From positions 416,001-480,000 of the forward strand of contig CAVSDR010000003.1 in NCBI GenBank assembly GCA_963726745.1: a stretch of 64,000 nucleotides of DNA. The letters run 5' to 3'. Position 1 is the first letter of the stretch. Every line of letters begins with the position of its first letter. The stretch is from an uncultured Verrucomicrobiae bacterium (GTDB lineage Bacteria > Verrucomicrobiota > Verrucomicrobiia > Chthoniobacterales > UBA10450). Positions 1 through 10,240 of the stretch are shown in pieces. The position numbers and the translations under genes were made by a program. The notes below the pieces were generated by a model. The model was not told the origin of the DNA. It saw nothing but the letters and a program-made list of their open reading frames with translations, and did no database searches.

Positions 1-11
1 CCGAGCGCGAG

Positions 12-755
12 ATGCAGCTCCTCCAAGGCTACTGGGAAAAGCAGGGACGCATCCTGCTTCTGCTCGACCCGGCCGCGAAGACGCCCCGGCTGGCGGATTT
101 TGTCGGCCGCCTCGGCGCGCGCGTGGATGACGACCGCCTGATGGCCTTGATGAAAACTGGCATCCAGGAAGTCGCCCGGGTGCGCGATGTCATCGGCCGT
201 TTCCTCCCCGGGAGCCCGATTACGAAACGGCTCGCGGAAGTGCAGGCGCCGTTTCTCGGAGGAACTTCCTCGCTGACCCTGGAACCGGCGCAACAGCTGC
301 GCGCCCGCAACCTTCGCCTCACGCCATTGATCGAGGCAGCCAAAGGTTATTGGGGCGAGATGGATTACAACGCCACGGACGACGCGCTCCTGCAATTTAC
401 CGAAGGCCGCGACAAGGATGCGCCGTTGCAATTCGGCGTCGCGATCGAGCAGGGCGGCAGCGCCGATGATCGGGTGCAGACCAATTCCGCGCGGTTGGTC
501 GTGGTCGCGAACTCGACCTTCGTCCAGGATAACGCGCTTACCCAGGACCAGCAGGGCCTCGACTTTGTTTCCGGGAGCATTAATTGGCTGCTGAATCGCG
601 AGCAGCTCATCGGGATCGCGCCAAAAGTGCCCACGACTTTGACTTTTAACCTCGACGAGAACGCGCTCCGGAATCTTCGCTGGGTCATCCTGGTGATCTT
701 GCCGCTTGTGCCTGCGCTCCTGGGCGGGCTGGTCTGGTGGCAGCGGCGCGCCTAA
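12..755 (+). CDS. GldG-like / ABC-type uncharacterised transport auxiliary protein, C-terminal part (runs off left edge)
   Basis: ARLVVVANSTF...LDFVSGSINWLLNREQLIGIAPK plus one C-terminal TM helix; followed by a DUF4340 gene, the usual neighbour; frame is open back to the window start. Confidence 0.7.
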   Translation: MQLLQGYWEKQGRILLLLDPAAKTPRLADFVGRLGARVDDDRLMALMKTGIQEVARVRDVIGRFLPGSPITKRLAEVQAPFLGGTSSLTLEPAQQLRARNLRLTPLIEAAKGYWGEMDYNATDDALLQFTEGRDKDAPLQFGVAIEQGGSADDRVQTNSARLVVVANSTFVQDNALTQDQQGLDFVSGSINWLLNREQLIGIAPKVPTTLTFNLDENALRNLRWVILVILPLVPALLGGLVWWQRRA

Positions 756-767
756 CGAAGGCTACGC

Positions 768-2623
768 ATGAAAAGCAAAACCACGCTGCTGCTCCTCGTG
801 GCCGCGATCGGCCTCGCGGTTTGGATCAAGTTTTACGAAAGCAAACGGCCGAACACCGAGGAAACCCAGCGCCGCGCTGGCACTGTCTTGAAATTCGAGC
901 CCGATCAGCTGGAGGGCATCGTGATCCAAAATGGCGACGACAAGATCGAGCTGCGCAAGACCGACGGGAAATGGCGTGTGGAAGCGCCGATCAAGGACCA
1001 GGCCGATGCAAGTGCGGTCGGGACTTTAGTCAGCGACCTGGAGAGTTGGGAAAAATCCGAAACCATCACCGCCGCGGAGATCGAGGCGGATAAAACCCGC
1101 CTCGCCGAGTACCGATCTCGCAAAGCCAAAGCTGCGCCTGAAATTGCTCGGGAAGGAGATGCCGCCGGAAATCTTTTTCGGGAAGGACGCGGCACTCGAG
1201 AAACGAATGTATGTCCGTTTCGAGAACTCCCGCGAGACCTACCTGGTGCGGAATAACGTGCGCGATGACATCGCGAAAAAGCCGGAGGATTTTCGCGATC
1301 GCAAGCTTACCGAATGGAGCAGCGCCCAGGTGCAGCGCGTGATTCTGCAGACGCCCGCCGGCGAAATGGAGTTGACCAAGAATGCGGACGCTTGGGAGAT
1401 CGTGAAGCCACTCCGCGCCCGCGCCGATTCCCAGAAAGTGAACGACCTGCTCGCGCAGGTCACGAGCGCGCGGATCGAGCAATTTGTGGCCGACGACCGC
1501 GGCGATCTCCAGCGTTATGGACTCGCCGAGCCGCGGGGTGCGATCACGCTTTTTGAGGCCGGGAAGAAAGACGGGCAGCTGCTGCAGATCGGCGGCGCGG
1601 CCGAAAAAGAACAGGTCTACGTGCGCTTTGCCCCGCGCAGTTTCGTCTATGCGCTGCCGAAAAAAATCGAGGAGCTCCTCCAGATCACGCCGGCGGCGTT
1701 ACGCGATCGCCACCTTGCGCGCCTTGACCCAAATAATCTCGACCGCCTGACGATCGACGCGCCCGGACAGGGCAAAACCGTGCTCGCGCGGAAAGAGCAA
1801 AACTGGGTGATCGCGAACGCTAACAACCAGCCGGCAAATTCTGCCGAGGTCACGCGTTTACTCGAAACGCTCCGCAATCAGGAGGTCACGCGTTTCGTGG
1901 CCGACACCGCCTCCGACCTCGCGAAATACGGCCTCGATCGCCCACAGCGGACGATCACTTTCAGTTCCTTCGCTTCCGAAAACACCGCGGAGTCGCCCGC
2001 AGGCGAGCATCCTTTTGCCACGCTCTCGTTCGGGCGCGCGGAAAACGGCGAAGTCTTCGCGCGGGTCAACGAAGAGCCGTTCATTGTCGCGGTGCCGGAA
2101 GGGTTGCTTGCGCAGATTCCGGCGTCGCCGAGCGCGTGGCAGGAGCTGGCCATCTTCCACTTCAAGCCGGAAGAACTGCATCGCGTAAGCGTGATGAAAG
2201 ACCGGGAAGACCGTGCTTACCCGCGGGGCCGACGGGCAATGGACGGCGGCGACGGCGGGCGCAACGCTGCACTCGATGCACGTGGAATCGTTCGTCAATG
2301 CGCTGGCTAAATTGCGCGCAGTCCGGTGGCTTGCGGAGGCGCCGCCGGCGGAGGCTTTCGCCCAGCCGCAGCTCACGATCACTTTCACGACCACGCCGGA
2401 CGACAAAGCGCTGTCTAAATTAATCATCGGCGGACCAACGCCGAACGGAATGTGGTTCGCCCGCGTCGAGGGCCGCGAGGGGACTTTCGTGCTCAGCAAT
2501 CCGGACTACAACGCGCTGAATCTGCCGCTCCTGACCGCGCGACGGCCGCTGAGCCAAGCCCGAGCCGTCGCCGCTGCAGGCCCACGTTTTCGGCGTGATA
2601 GAGCGTGGCGATGCCGCCAGTGA
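768..2623 (+). CDS. DUF4340 domain protein (apparent frameshifts near 1115 and 2210; 3' end uncertain)
   Basis: N-terminal anchor and repeated W.I..P....AD...V..LL / L..YGL..P...IT motifs spread over ORFs 768-1256, 1144-2310 and 2213-2623. Confidence 0.7.
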
Positions 2624-3272
2624 GCGGTCGGGCACGCGCTTCGCGGAAGCCGTTCGCCTCGAGCAAGGCGACCATGGCCGCGCCGCTGGGGAATTTCTCA
2701 ATCGAGGCCCCGAGGTAATCGTAAGCCGCGCGCTCGCCGGTGACCGCACCCGCCACCAGCGGCAGGATGCGATGGAGGTAGGCGCGGTAGAGCGGCCGCA
2801 GCGGGCCGGCGGGCAGGGAAAAATCGAGCACCAGAAGATGCCCGCCAGGCGCGAGCACGCGCGCTATTTCCCGCAAGGCCGCGCCCCAATCGGCCATGTT
2901 CCGCAGGCCGAAGGCGACAGTGACGCAATCGAACATCTCGTCGGCAAAAGGGAGGGCAAGCGCATCCGCCACCACGGTGCGCGACAGGCCCTTGGCCCGC
3001 GCAACCGCGAGCATCTCCGGCGAGAAATCGGCGCCGGTGACCTCGGCCGCAGGCAGCGCTTTCTCCAACGCGAGCGCGAGATCGCCGCTGCCAGTGGCGA
3101 GGTCGAGAAGTCGGCGCGGGTGCCATTGCCCGACCTGTGCGACCGCGCGCCGGCGCCACCAAAAATCGATCCCGCCGCTGAGGAGATGGTTCGCGAGATC
3201 GTAGCGAGGCGCGATTGCATTGAACATCGCGCGCACTTTCTCGGGATCGCGCTCGGCACTGGCGGTAACCAT
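2493..3272 (-). CDS. ubiE: Ubiquinone/menaquinone biosynthesis C-methyltransferase UbiE/MenG
   Basis: VRAMFNAIAPRYDLANHLLSGGIDFWWRR, LLDLATGSGDLA, VAFGLRNM; likely start ATG 3272; 3' end may be affected by an indel. Confidence 0.9.
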   Translation of the reverse strand: MVTASAERDPEKVRAMFNAIAPRYDLANHLLSGGIDFWWRRRAVAQVGQWHPRRLLDLATGSGDLALALEKALPAAEVTGADFSPEMLAVARAKGLSRTVVADALALPFADEMFDCVTVAFGLRNMADWGAALREIARVLAPGGHLLVLDFSLPAGPLRPLYRAYLHRILPLVAGAVTGERAAYDYLGASIEKFPSGAAMVALLEANGFREARARPLTGGIATLYHAENVGLQRRRLGLGSAAVARSGAADSARCSPDC

Positions 3273-3425
3273 CGGCCGGCAGTCTAACACGCGGAGACGG
3301 CCGGTTTGGTGGAAATCGTCCTCGGGCAGAAGTGCGCGACGATTAATAGGGATAAACCTTGCATCCCGAGTTTGCCTTCTGGCGTAATTGCCTGCGCGCC
3401 GCGGATTTGGTAAGCAAAGCGCGCC

Positions 3426-3635
3426 ATGGAGCCCTATGCGACCTCTCGTGAAACGAAGATTGGCATCAACCGACCGCGGATTCAGCACCTGGCAGAAACG
3501 GGGGAAGAGCGCCGTACCCGGAGCGAGCGCCAGGCGGAAAAAGCCAGCGTTGCGGCCGAGCGGAGGGCAATCAAAAAAGGGGCCCGACAACAGTTGCACC
3601 GGGAGATGATGGATGACCTAAGGGTCACAGATTAA
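3426..3635 (+). CDS. Small basic hypothetical protein
   Basis: 69-aa ORF with ATG filling the gap between ubiE and the ECF sigma gene; no recognisable motif. Confidence 0.35.
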   Translation: MEPYATSRETKIGINRPRIQHLAETGEERRTRSERQAEKASVAAERRAIKKGARQQLHREMMDDLRVTD

Positions 3636-3701
3636 GGCGCAAAGGGAGCGACCGTTCCCGGGCCATTTTTACGCTTGTAATAAAATGTGAGCCTCACCAG
3701 C

Positions 3702-4481
3702 ATGCGCGCCGTGAACAGCAATCTGGAGCCGTGTAGTGATCTCCCGCGGGAGTTCTCGACGACGCGCTGGAGCCTGATCCTGTTGACCTCGAACGCGTCG
3801 CAAACGGACGAGAAAAAATCCCGACGGGCGCTCACGCAGCTTTGCCGGACCTACTGGCGGCCGATCTTCCTCTTCACCTGCCGGCGCGGTTTTTCCGAGG
3901 AGGATGCGCAAGACCTGACGCAGGATTTTTTCGCGAAAATCCTGGAGAAGGAATGGTTCAGCCGGGCGGATCGCAAGCGCGGCCGCTTTCGCTCGCTCCT
4001 GTTGAAGTCGCTGCAAAATTTCCTGAGCGACGCGAAGACCAAGCGGCAGGCGATGAAGCGGGGCCGCGGCTTTGAGTTCGTGTCCTGGGACGATTGGATG
4101 GCGGAGTCGCCCTCGCAGTTATCCATCCCGCCAAAGAGCGTGGAAGCGATGACGCCCGAGGTGCTCTACGACCTGCGCTGGGCGGCCACGGTGGTGGAGC
4201 AGGCACTGCGGCGCCTCGGCGAGGAATGCGAAGCCAAGGGCCGCCTGCGGCTCTTCGATACCTTGAGCGGGAGCCTCGCGGTCGAGCGGGGAGACACCTC
4301 TTATGCCCAGATGGCCAGTTCGCTCGGTGTCTCCGAGGCGGTGGTGCGCCGGCAGTTGCACAATCTGCGGCAGCGCTATCGCTGGCTCCTGCGCGACGAG
4401 GTCTCGCGCACCGTGGCCGATCCCGCGGATATCGACGACGAGATCCGGCACCTGTGCGCGGCGCTTGCGGTGGAGGGCTAG
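3702..4481 (+). CDS. ECF-type RNA polymerase sigma factor (kinase-associated PVC type)
   Basis: FSTTRWSLIL, ALTQLCRTYWRPI, DAQDLTQDFFA, RGRFRSLLL and a C-terminal HTH (SYAQMASSLGVSEAVVRRQLHNLRQRY). Confidence 0.88.
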   Translation: MRAVNSNLEPCSDLPREFSTTRWSLILLTSNASQTDEKKSRRALTQLCRTYWRPIFLFTCRRGFSEEDAQDLTQDFFAKILEKEWFSRADRKRGRFRSLLLKSLQNFLSDAKTKRQAMKRGRGFEFVSWDDWMAESPSQLSIPPKSVEAMTPEVLYDLRWAATVVEQALRRLGEECEAKGRLRLFDTLSGSLAVERGDTSYAQMASSLGVSEAVVRRQLHNLRQRYRWLLRDEVSRTVADPADIDDEIRHLCAALAVEG

Positions 4482-4489
4482 AACCAAAG

Positions 4490-7330
4490 GTGCACACGGT
4501 CTCGGGAATCTCCGATTCGCCGGCTTCACTTCTCGGGCCGCACCCGGCCTGCCCGAAGTGCGGCGGGAAAGTCCGGCTGGGGCGCGGCGCCTGCGTGAGC
4601 TGCCTTCTGCTCGACGCCGCAGATGAGACCGGCGAGGAATCCGGGGAAGAATTTGCCAGCATTCTCGCGGAAGCGAACGTGCCCGATCGCCAGTGGCGGC
4701 TGGGCAATTACCAGATCCTGGGCGAGATCGGACGCGGCGGCATGGGCGTGATCTACCGTGCCCGGCAGCGCCATTCGCGCCGGGTGGTCGCACTCAAGCG
4801 CGTTCTCGGGTATCACGTGGATTCGCACGAGCGGCTGCAGCGTTTCCGCCGCGAGGCAGAGGCGGCCGCAAGTCTGGACCACCCGAACATCCTTCCGATC
4901 TACGAGGTGGGCGAAAGCGACGAAGGCTTCCCCTTCTTTAGTATGAAGTGGGCCAGCGGCGGGAGCCTGCGCGAAGTCGGGCCAACGCTACGCGACGATC
5001 CGAGGGCGGCCGTGCGATTGATGATCAAGGTCGCGGAGGCCGTCGACTTCGCGCACGAACGCGGGATTCTCCACCGCGATCTCCAGCCGGGAAACATCCT
5101 CCTGGATAGTCGCGGCGAGCCGATGGTGAGCGATTTCGGCCTGGCGAAGATGCTGAATGACGAGGCGAATGAACTCACGCAAACGTTCACCGCTTTTGGC
5201 ACCCCGGGCTATATCGCCCCGGAACAAGCCGAAGGCCGCGCGGCCGACCTGACCGCGGCGGCGGACATCTACAGCCTGGGGGCGATCCTCTTCGGCCTGC
5301 TCGCGGGGCGGCCGCCGTTCCAGGGGGCCAATGCGCTTTCCGTCATTCGCCAGGCGATGGAATTACCGGCGCCGCGTCTGCGCGCGCTCGTCCCGGGAAT
5401 CTGCCGCGACCTGGAAACGATCGTGGCCCGCTGTCTCGAGCGGAATCCTGCGGAACGCTACGCGACCGCGGGGGCGTTTGCGGAGGACCTCGAGCGCTGG
5501 CTCGAGGGCCGGCCGATTCTCGCCCGCCCGATGTCGCCGCCGATGCGGGCCTGGCGTTGGTCCCGGCGAAACCCGGATCTCTCGGGCACGATCGTGGCCT
5601 GCCTGGCGCTGATCGTGGCGGTCGTTTGGTTGCTGGGGCATAACGGCTCGGCCTTTGGCTCCGGCTCGCGCGAGAAAAGCATCGCCGTGCTCCCCTTCAA
5701 GAACCTGACCACGGAAAAAGAGAACGAGTATTTTGCCGCCGGGATGCACGAGGCGATCTTGACGAACGTAGCCAAGATCGCCGACCTGAAGGTGACCAGC
5801 CCAAGCAGCGTGCGCACTTTCCGGCCGGAGGAACCGCGCGACCTCGAGGCCATCGGCCGCGCCCTCGGCGTGCGCCACGTGCTCGAGGGCAGCGTGCAAC
5901 GCCATGCCAATCGCGTCCGCATCAGCGTGCACCTGGCCGACGCGAAAACCGGCACGCAAATCTGGGCGGAGGATTACGAGCGCAATCTCGCGGATGTTTT
6001 CGCGGTGCAGCACGAGATCGCGCAGGCAGTCGCCCGGCAGTTGCGCGCCCAACTCTCGCCCTCCGAGAAAGCCACCCTGCGTAATCCGCTCACGCGCGAC
6101 GCGGCCGCCTTCGATCTCTACCTGCGGGCGAAGGAAATCGGGGAGCAGGCGGGCTTATTTACCGCGGAGCGAATCGAGAAGGAAGTGCGCCTGCTGAACG
6201 AAGCGATCGCGCGCGACCCCGATTTCATGATCGCCTATTGCCTGCTCGCCCGGGTGCACGTGCTGGCCTATTGGTCGAACCAGGATCACCGGTCGGAGCG
6301 GCTGGAGGCAGCGCATCGCGCGCTCGAGGCCGCGAGCTCGCTGCAGCCGAATGCAGGCGAAGTGCACTTAAACCGTGCGATCGTGCATTACTGGGGGCAC
6401 CGAGATTACCCGCCGGCCCTGGCGGAATTGGAACAAGCCCGGCGTGCGCTCCCAAACAATGCCGAGGTCTGGATGTTCATCGGGTTGATCGAGCGTCGCC
6501 AGGGAAAATGGGTCGAGTCGACCCGCCATCTGGAGCAGGCCCGGGCGATGGATCCGCGCAACGAAGCCATCCTTTTCGAGCTCATGCGGACGAATTACTT
6601 TTCGCTCAAGCGCTACCGGGAGGCGATCGACGCCTGCGAAAGCGTGATCGCGTGGAAGCCGGAGTCGTTCGACTTCCAGTTGGCGCGGGCCAAGGTGGAC
6701 GTGGCCAGCGCAGGCGATGTGCGCCGCTGGCGGCAGGTCGTCTGGGGCAAGCCGGCGAAGAGCGCTGCACCCGATCTTCTGGTCTACGAGCGCCTGAGCC
6801 TGGCACTCGCGGAACGGGACCCGGCCACCGCTGAGGAGCTGCTCGCTTCCGACGCGTTCCCGCAATTTAACTGGGCCGGCTACGTGACCCCGCGCGGCTA
6901 TTACGAAGGCCTGGTCGCCGGGGCGCGGGGTGACACGGAGAAAGCCCGTGAAGCCTTCGAGCGTGCCCGCGCGATGCTGGTCGAGATCGTGGCCACGCGC
7001 GCCGATGACGCCAAAGCGCTGATTATGCTCGCGCAAGTGGAAGCGCAGCTGGGCGAGCGCGCGGCCGCGATTGCCGCCGCTAATCGTGCCCTGGAATTGC
7101 GGCCGCCGGAGAAGGACTCGGTCGACGGCCCGAACATCCTCGGGCTGACCGCCGCTACCTACGCGCAACTCGGCGAGGTCGACCTCGCGCTCGATCTCCT
7201 GGAGAAAGTCGCCCCGCTCCCGAACGCGGTAAACTACGGCTCGCTCAAGCTCGAGAGCGTTTGGGACTCGCTCCGCGGGAATCCGCGCTTCGAAGTGGTG
7301 ATGAACAGCCTCGCCCGCGGCCCACAGTAG
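4490..7330 (+). CDS. Ser/Thr protein kinase with TM helix, TolB/FlgO-like domain and TPR repeats
   Basis: GRGGMGVIY, VALK, HRDLQPGN, DFGLAK, GTPGYIAPE, DIYSLG; KSIAVLPFKNL domain; helical repeats; N-terminal CPKC..CVSC; GTG start at 4490 inferred. Confidence 0.9.
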   Translation: MHTVSGISDSPASLLGPHPACPKCGGKVRLGRGACVSCLLLDAADETGEESGEEFASILAEANVPDRQWRLGNYQILGEIGRGGMGVIYRARQRHSRRVVALKRVLGYHVDSHERLQRFRREAEAAASLDHPNILPIYEVGESDEGFPFFSMKWASGGSLREVGPTLRDDPRAAVRLMIKVAEAVDFAHERGILHRDLQPGNILLDSRGEPMVSDFGLAKMLNDEANELTQTFTAFGTPGYIAPEQAEGRAADLTAAADIYSLGAILFGLLAGRPPFQGANALSVIRQAMELPAPRLRALVPGICRDLETIVARCLERNPAERYATAGAFAEDLERWLEGRPILARPMSPPMRAWRWSRRNPDLSGTIVACLALIVAVVWLLGHNGSAFGSGSREKSIAVLPFKNLTTEKENEYFAAGMHEAILTNVAKIADLKVTSPSSVRTFRPEEPRDLEAIGRALGVRHVLEGSVQRHANRVRISVHLADAKTGTQIWAEDYERNLADVFAVQHEIAQAVARQLRAQLSPSEKATLRNPLTRDAAAFDLYLRAKEIGEQAGLFTAERIEKEVRLLNEAIARDPDFMIAYCLLARVHVLAYWSNQDHRSERLEAAHRALEAASSLQPNAGEVHLNRAIVHYWGHRDYPPALAELEQARRALPNNAEVWMFIGLIERRQGKWVESTRHLEQARAMDPRNEAILFELMRTNYFSLKRYREAIDACESVIAWKPESFDFQLARAKVDVASAGDVRRWRQVVWGKPAKSAAPDLLVYERLSLALAERDPATAEELLASDAFPQFNWAGYVTPRGYYEGLVAGARGDTEKAREAFERARAMLVEIVATRADDAKALIMLAQVEAQLGERAAAIAAANRALELRPPEKDSVDGPNILGLTAATYAQLGEVDLALDLLEKVAPLPNAVNYGSLKLESVWDSLRGNPRFEVVMNSLARGPQ

Positions 7331-7341
7331 CCGGGCGGAAA

Positions 7342-7425
7342 TGGTGCTCACGAGAGGAGTCGAACCTCCACGGGTTTCCCCATACGGTCCTGAGCCGTAC
7401 GCGTCTGCCATTCCGCCACGTGAGC
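7342..7425 (-). tRNA. tRNA-Leu(CAG), CCA encoded
   Basis: Reverse complement GCTCACGTGGCGGAATGGCAGACGCGTACGGCTCAGGACCGTA...GGTTCGACTCCTCTCGTGAGCACCA; long variable arm, anticodon CAG. Confidence 0.95.
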
Positions 7426-7478
7426 GAGCGGCGGCTAACTTGCGCGCCCGCGGCCCAGGCGCAAGCGCAATACCGCGT

Positions 7479-8354
7479 TCAACCCCGGCGGCGGGCGCGT
7501 TCTTCCAGCTGCCGCGCCTGGCGCGCTTTGCCTAACGAGCGCAGGAGATCGGCGTAATTCGAGACGACAATTTGGTAGTCGCCCGGGATCGCGCCCGGCC
7601 GGCTTTCCCAGATCGCGAGCGAATCGCGATAGAGCTCGGCCGCGCGTTCGCTGTCGCCGGAGGAATGGTAAACCACCGCCAGATTGCACTTCGATTGCGC
7701 GATGTCGGGATGCTCCGGCGGGAGCGCCTGCTCGCGGATCGCCAGCGCCCGCCGATGCAGCGTCTCGGCCTCGGCCAGCCGACCTTCGTTCGTGTAATAG
7801 ACGGCCAGATTGTTCAGCACCGAGGCGACGTCGGGGTGGGCGTGGCCGAGCTGTTTCTCGTAAAGTGCGAGCGCCTGCAGGTAGCACGGCTCCGCTTCCT
7901 CCGGACGGCTCGAGCGCCGGTGGATCAAGGCGATGTTGTTCAACATCGTCCCGAGGTCGCCATGCGGCAGTTCCTCGAGCTGCATCCCGGCCTCGACCGC
8001 TTCGGTGTAGAACCGGAGCGCTTCCTCCGCCTCGCCCAGGTTGTCGGCTAAAAATCCCAGCCGCCGCGCGGAGCGGTAGAGCGCGCGTCGATCCAGCGGC
8101 TGAGCACGCGCAAGCAGCTCGTGGGCCTGGAGCAGAAAGGGCCGCGCGGCCGTGCGATCGCCGGCTTGGTCGTGGAGTTGCCCAAGCTTTTCGAGACTCA
8201 ACGCCTGCGCCGGGTGCCCTGCGGGGAAAGCGCGCGTGGCCAACTCCGCTGCGGTCTCGGCCACGCGGATCGCTTCCGCCAAGCGGCCTCCACCGCGCAA
8301 GGTGTCGAGCTTGTCGTGGAGAAGCGCCCAGAGCTTTTCGTCGCCCTTGGCCAC
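7479..8354 (-). CDS. Tetratricopeptide repeat protein (kinesin-light-chain-like TPRs)
   Basis: Repeated HPDVASVLNNLAVYY...EAETLHRRALAIRE. Confidence 0.85.
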   Translation of the reverse strand: MAKGDEKLWALLHDKLDTLRGGGRLAEAIRVAETAAELATRAFPAGHPAQALSLEKLGQLHDQAGDRTAARPFLLQAHELLARAQPLDRRALYRSARRLGFLADNLGEAEEALRFYTEAVEAGMQLEELPHGDLGTMLNNIALIHRRSSRPEEAEPCYLQALALYEKQLGHAHPDVASVLNNLAVYYTNEGRLAEAETLHRRALAIREQALPPEHPDIAQSKCNLAVVYHSSGDSERAAELYRDSLAIWESRPGAIPGDYQIVVSNYADLLRSLGKARQARQLEERARRRG

Positions 8355-8360
8355 AGCGAA

Positions 8361-8867
8361 TTACCAGCCTTCTGAAATCTGGCTAACGAGACGAACCGCG
8401 AGGTCTTCCGCCGCCAGGGGCAAGGCCTGCCGCTCATCCGTGGCCACATCGGCACCCACGAAAAAACTGGTGCTCCCGACGGCGACTCCCGGCCCGGCGA
8501 TGACCGCGCCCGCACGCGTCTTCATTGTCCAACCGACCGAGAGGTTGAGATTGAATTCCGTGGTCGCGAGGACGTTCCCTTTCACCGACCGGGCCGGCGC
8601 GCGCGAGACGCCGTTGATCGTCCCTTCGAGGATGGCATCCGCCTTATCGGCCGTGGTGATCTGGTAAGTGCCATCCTGCTGGATCTGCTTGATGATGCTG
8701 CTGGTAACCAGCGTGTCGACCCGCGGCAGGAAGGTGTTATTCCGCAGGTTTTGCACGGCGATCGTGTGCACCGTCTTGAGCGCGCCCGGCTTCGCGGGGC
8801 CCAGCTGGTAGCCGGCGCAACCGCTTAGGAGAAACGCGCCGGCGAGCGCGACAGACAGCGCTTTCAC
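8361..8867 (-). CDS. lptE: LptE-family lipoprotein
   Basis: Lipobox LSGC, GYQLG, TIAVQNLRNNT, C-terminal helix; downstream of a bamD-like gene. Confidence 0.7.
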   Translation of the reverse strand: MKALSVALAGAFLLSGCAGYQLGPAKPGALKTVHTIAVQNLRNNTFLPRVDTLVTSSIIKQIQQDGTYQITTADKADAILEGTINGVSRAPARSVKGNVLATTEFNLNLSVGWTMKTRAGAVIAGPGVAVGSTSFFVGADVATDERQALPLAAEDLAVRLVSQISEGW

Positions 8868-10076
8868 TCAGGGCGTAGGCGTCGGCGTCGCGTCCGGCGG
8901 CGCAAGCGTCGTATCCGGCATCATCGAGGCCGGCGGCGGCAGCGATTCGTCCGCTTCCGGCGGCGGCAGCGGGGCAACGTCGTCCGGCGAGGTGCGCATC
9001 GGCGGCGCGCCGGAACCCGGGCCAAGCTTCGCCTCGGAAGGCGGCGGCTCCGGCATCTTTTTCTTCGGCGCCTTCGCCGTGGCCGCGGTGAGCTCCGGCG
9101 ATTGCAAGGCGGCGTCGCCTAATTTGGCGCGCAACTCCGCGACCCGCTTCTTCGCGCGGTCGCCTGCGGGCGAGCCAGGCTGCTGGCGAATAACGTCGTT
9201 GTAGTAAATCACTGCGGCGCGATAGTTTTTTTGCTTGTCGTAAAACTTGGCGATTTTAAAGGCGTCGCTGGTTTGCTTTTGGTCGAGCAGGCGGAGATTC
9301 TCGCGGGCTTGCGCGGTCTTTTCGCTTTTCGGGTAGCGAAAGAGGAAATCCTGGAAACCGATGCGCGCGTTCTCCGCCGCTTTGCTGTCGCGGGTGCCGT
9401 GGCGTGCTTCTTCCAGCCAAATGTAACCAATCTGATATTGCGCGTCGGCCGCGACCGGATCGTTCGGATACTTCTCGATGACCGCCTGGTAAGCGGCCAC
9501 GGCAGCATTGGCGTCGCCCTGTTTTTCCGTGGCCCGGCCGATGTTAAACTGCGCGCGCGCGGTGTAGCGCCCATACGGCGCCGAGCGCACAATTCCGGCG
9601 AAAATGCGCACTGCGCGGTCGACCGAATTGCGCACGGAAATGCCCAGGACCTTGATCTTTTTGCCGTTGAGGTATTTCTCGCCGATGCGGAACTGAGCCT
9701 CGATCGCCTCGTCGAAGTGCGGGCTCTTTGGGTAATTTTCCACCAGCACGCGGTAGGCTTCGGCGGCTTGCAAGTCGTCGCCTATTTTCTCCTGGAGCAC
9801 GGCAAAGCGGTAGGCCGAGCCGGCCGCGAGCGCATCCTTGGGATACTTCCGCACGATCGTGCGGTAGAGCTTGATCGCGCCCTTGAAGTCGCCTCCGTTT
9901 TCCGCCGCCTGCGCGCGCTCGAAGAGCTGCTGCGCGGTCGCATTTGTCTCCTCTTCGCCGGGCGCGCGGTATTTCACCTTCTCGCCCGGCCGGATAACGA
10001 TCGCGGCGGAAGCGAGCTGAGCGAGAGCGAGAGAACCTGCGAGCAGGCATGTAAAGACGATAGGGCGAGAGCGCAT
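8868..10076 (-). CDS. bamD: Outer membrane protein assembly factor BamD-like TPR protein with Pro-rich tail
   Basis: Signal peptide, repeated Y...V..YP.S....A..AQF.IG, FKIAKFYDKQKNYRAAVIYYNDVI. Confidence 0.75.
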   Translation of the reverse strand: MRSRPIVFTCLLAGSLALAQLASAAIVIRPGEKVKYRAPGEEETNATAQQLFERAQAAENGGDFKGAIKLYRTIVRKYPKDALAAGSAYRFAVLQEKIGDDLQAAEAYRVLVENYPKSPHFDEAIEAQFRIGEKYLNGKKIKVLGISVRNSVDRAVRIFAGIVRSAPYGRYTARAQFNIGRATEKQGDANAAVAAYQAVIEKYPNDPVAADAQYQIGYIWLEEARHGTRDSKAAENARIGFQDFLFRYPKSEKTAQARENLRLLDQKQTSDAFKIAKFYDKQKNYRAAVIYYNDVIRQQPGSPAGDRAKKRVAELRAKLGDAALQSPELTAATAKAPKKKMPEPPPSEAKLGPGSGAPPMRTSPDDVAPLPPPEADESLPPPASMMPDTTLAPPDATPTPTP

Positions 10077-10240
10077 TTTAAAAGACTGCGCAGGGTAGTG
10101 ACTGATGGGAAGGCAGTCAAGCTGGCCAGCCCGGCGTTTTCGCTCGCGGCAGGCGCCTGAGATGAGCAGTTTCCGGAAGCGTTCGCGCCTCGTAGACATC
10201 TCCGACAGCGAGCGATTCCGAATCAAAAACAGACAGCGCT

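Noticed and set aside
7331..7425. tRNA-Leu as an integration site for the ECF-kinase cassette (motif-free stretch 759-7530)
   Set aside because: No integrase and no duplicated tRNA 3' end found; the gap also covers ordinary genes such as ubiE.
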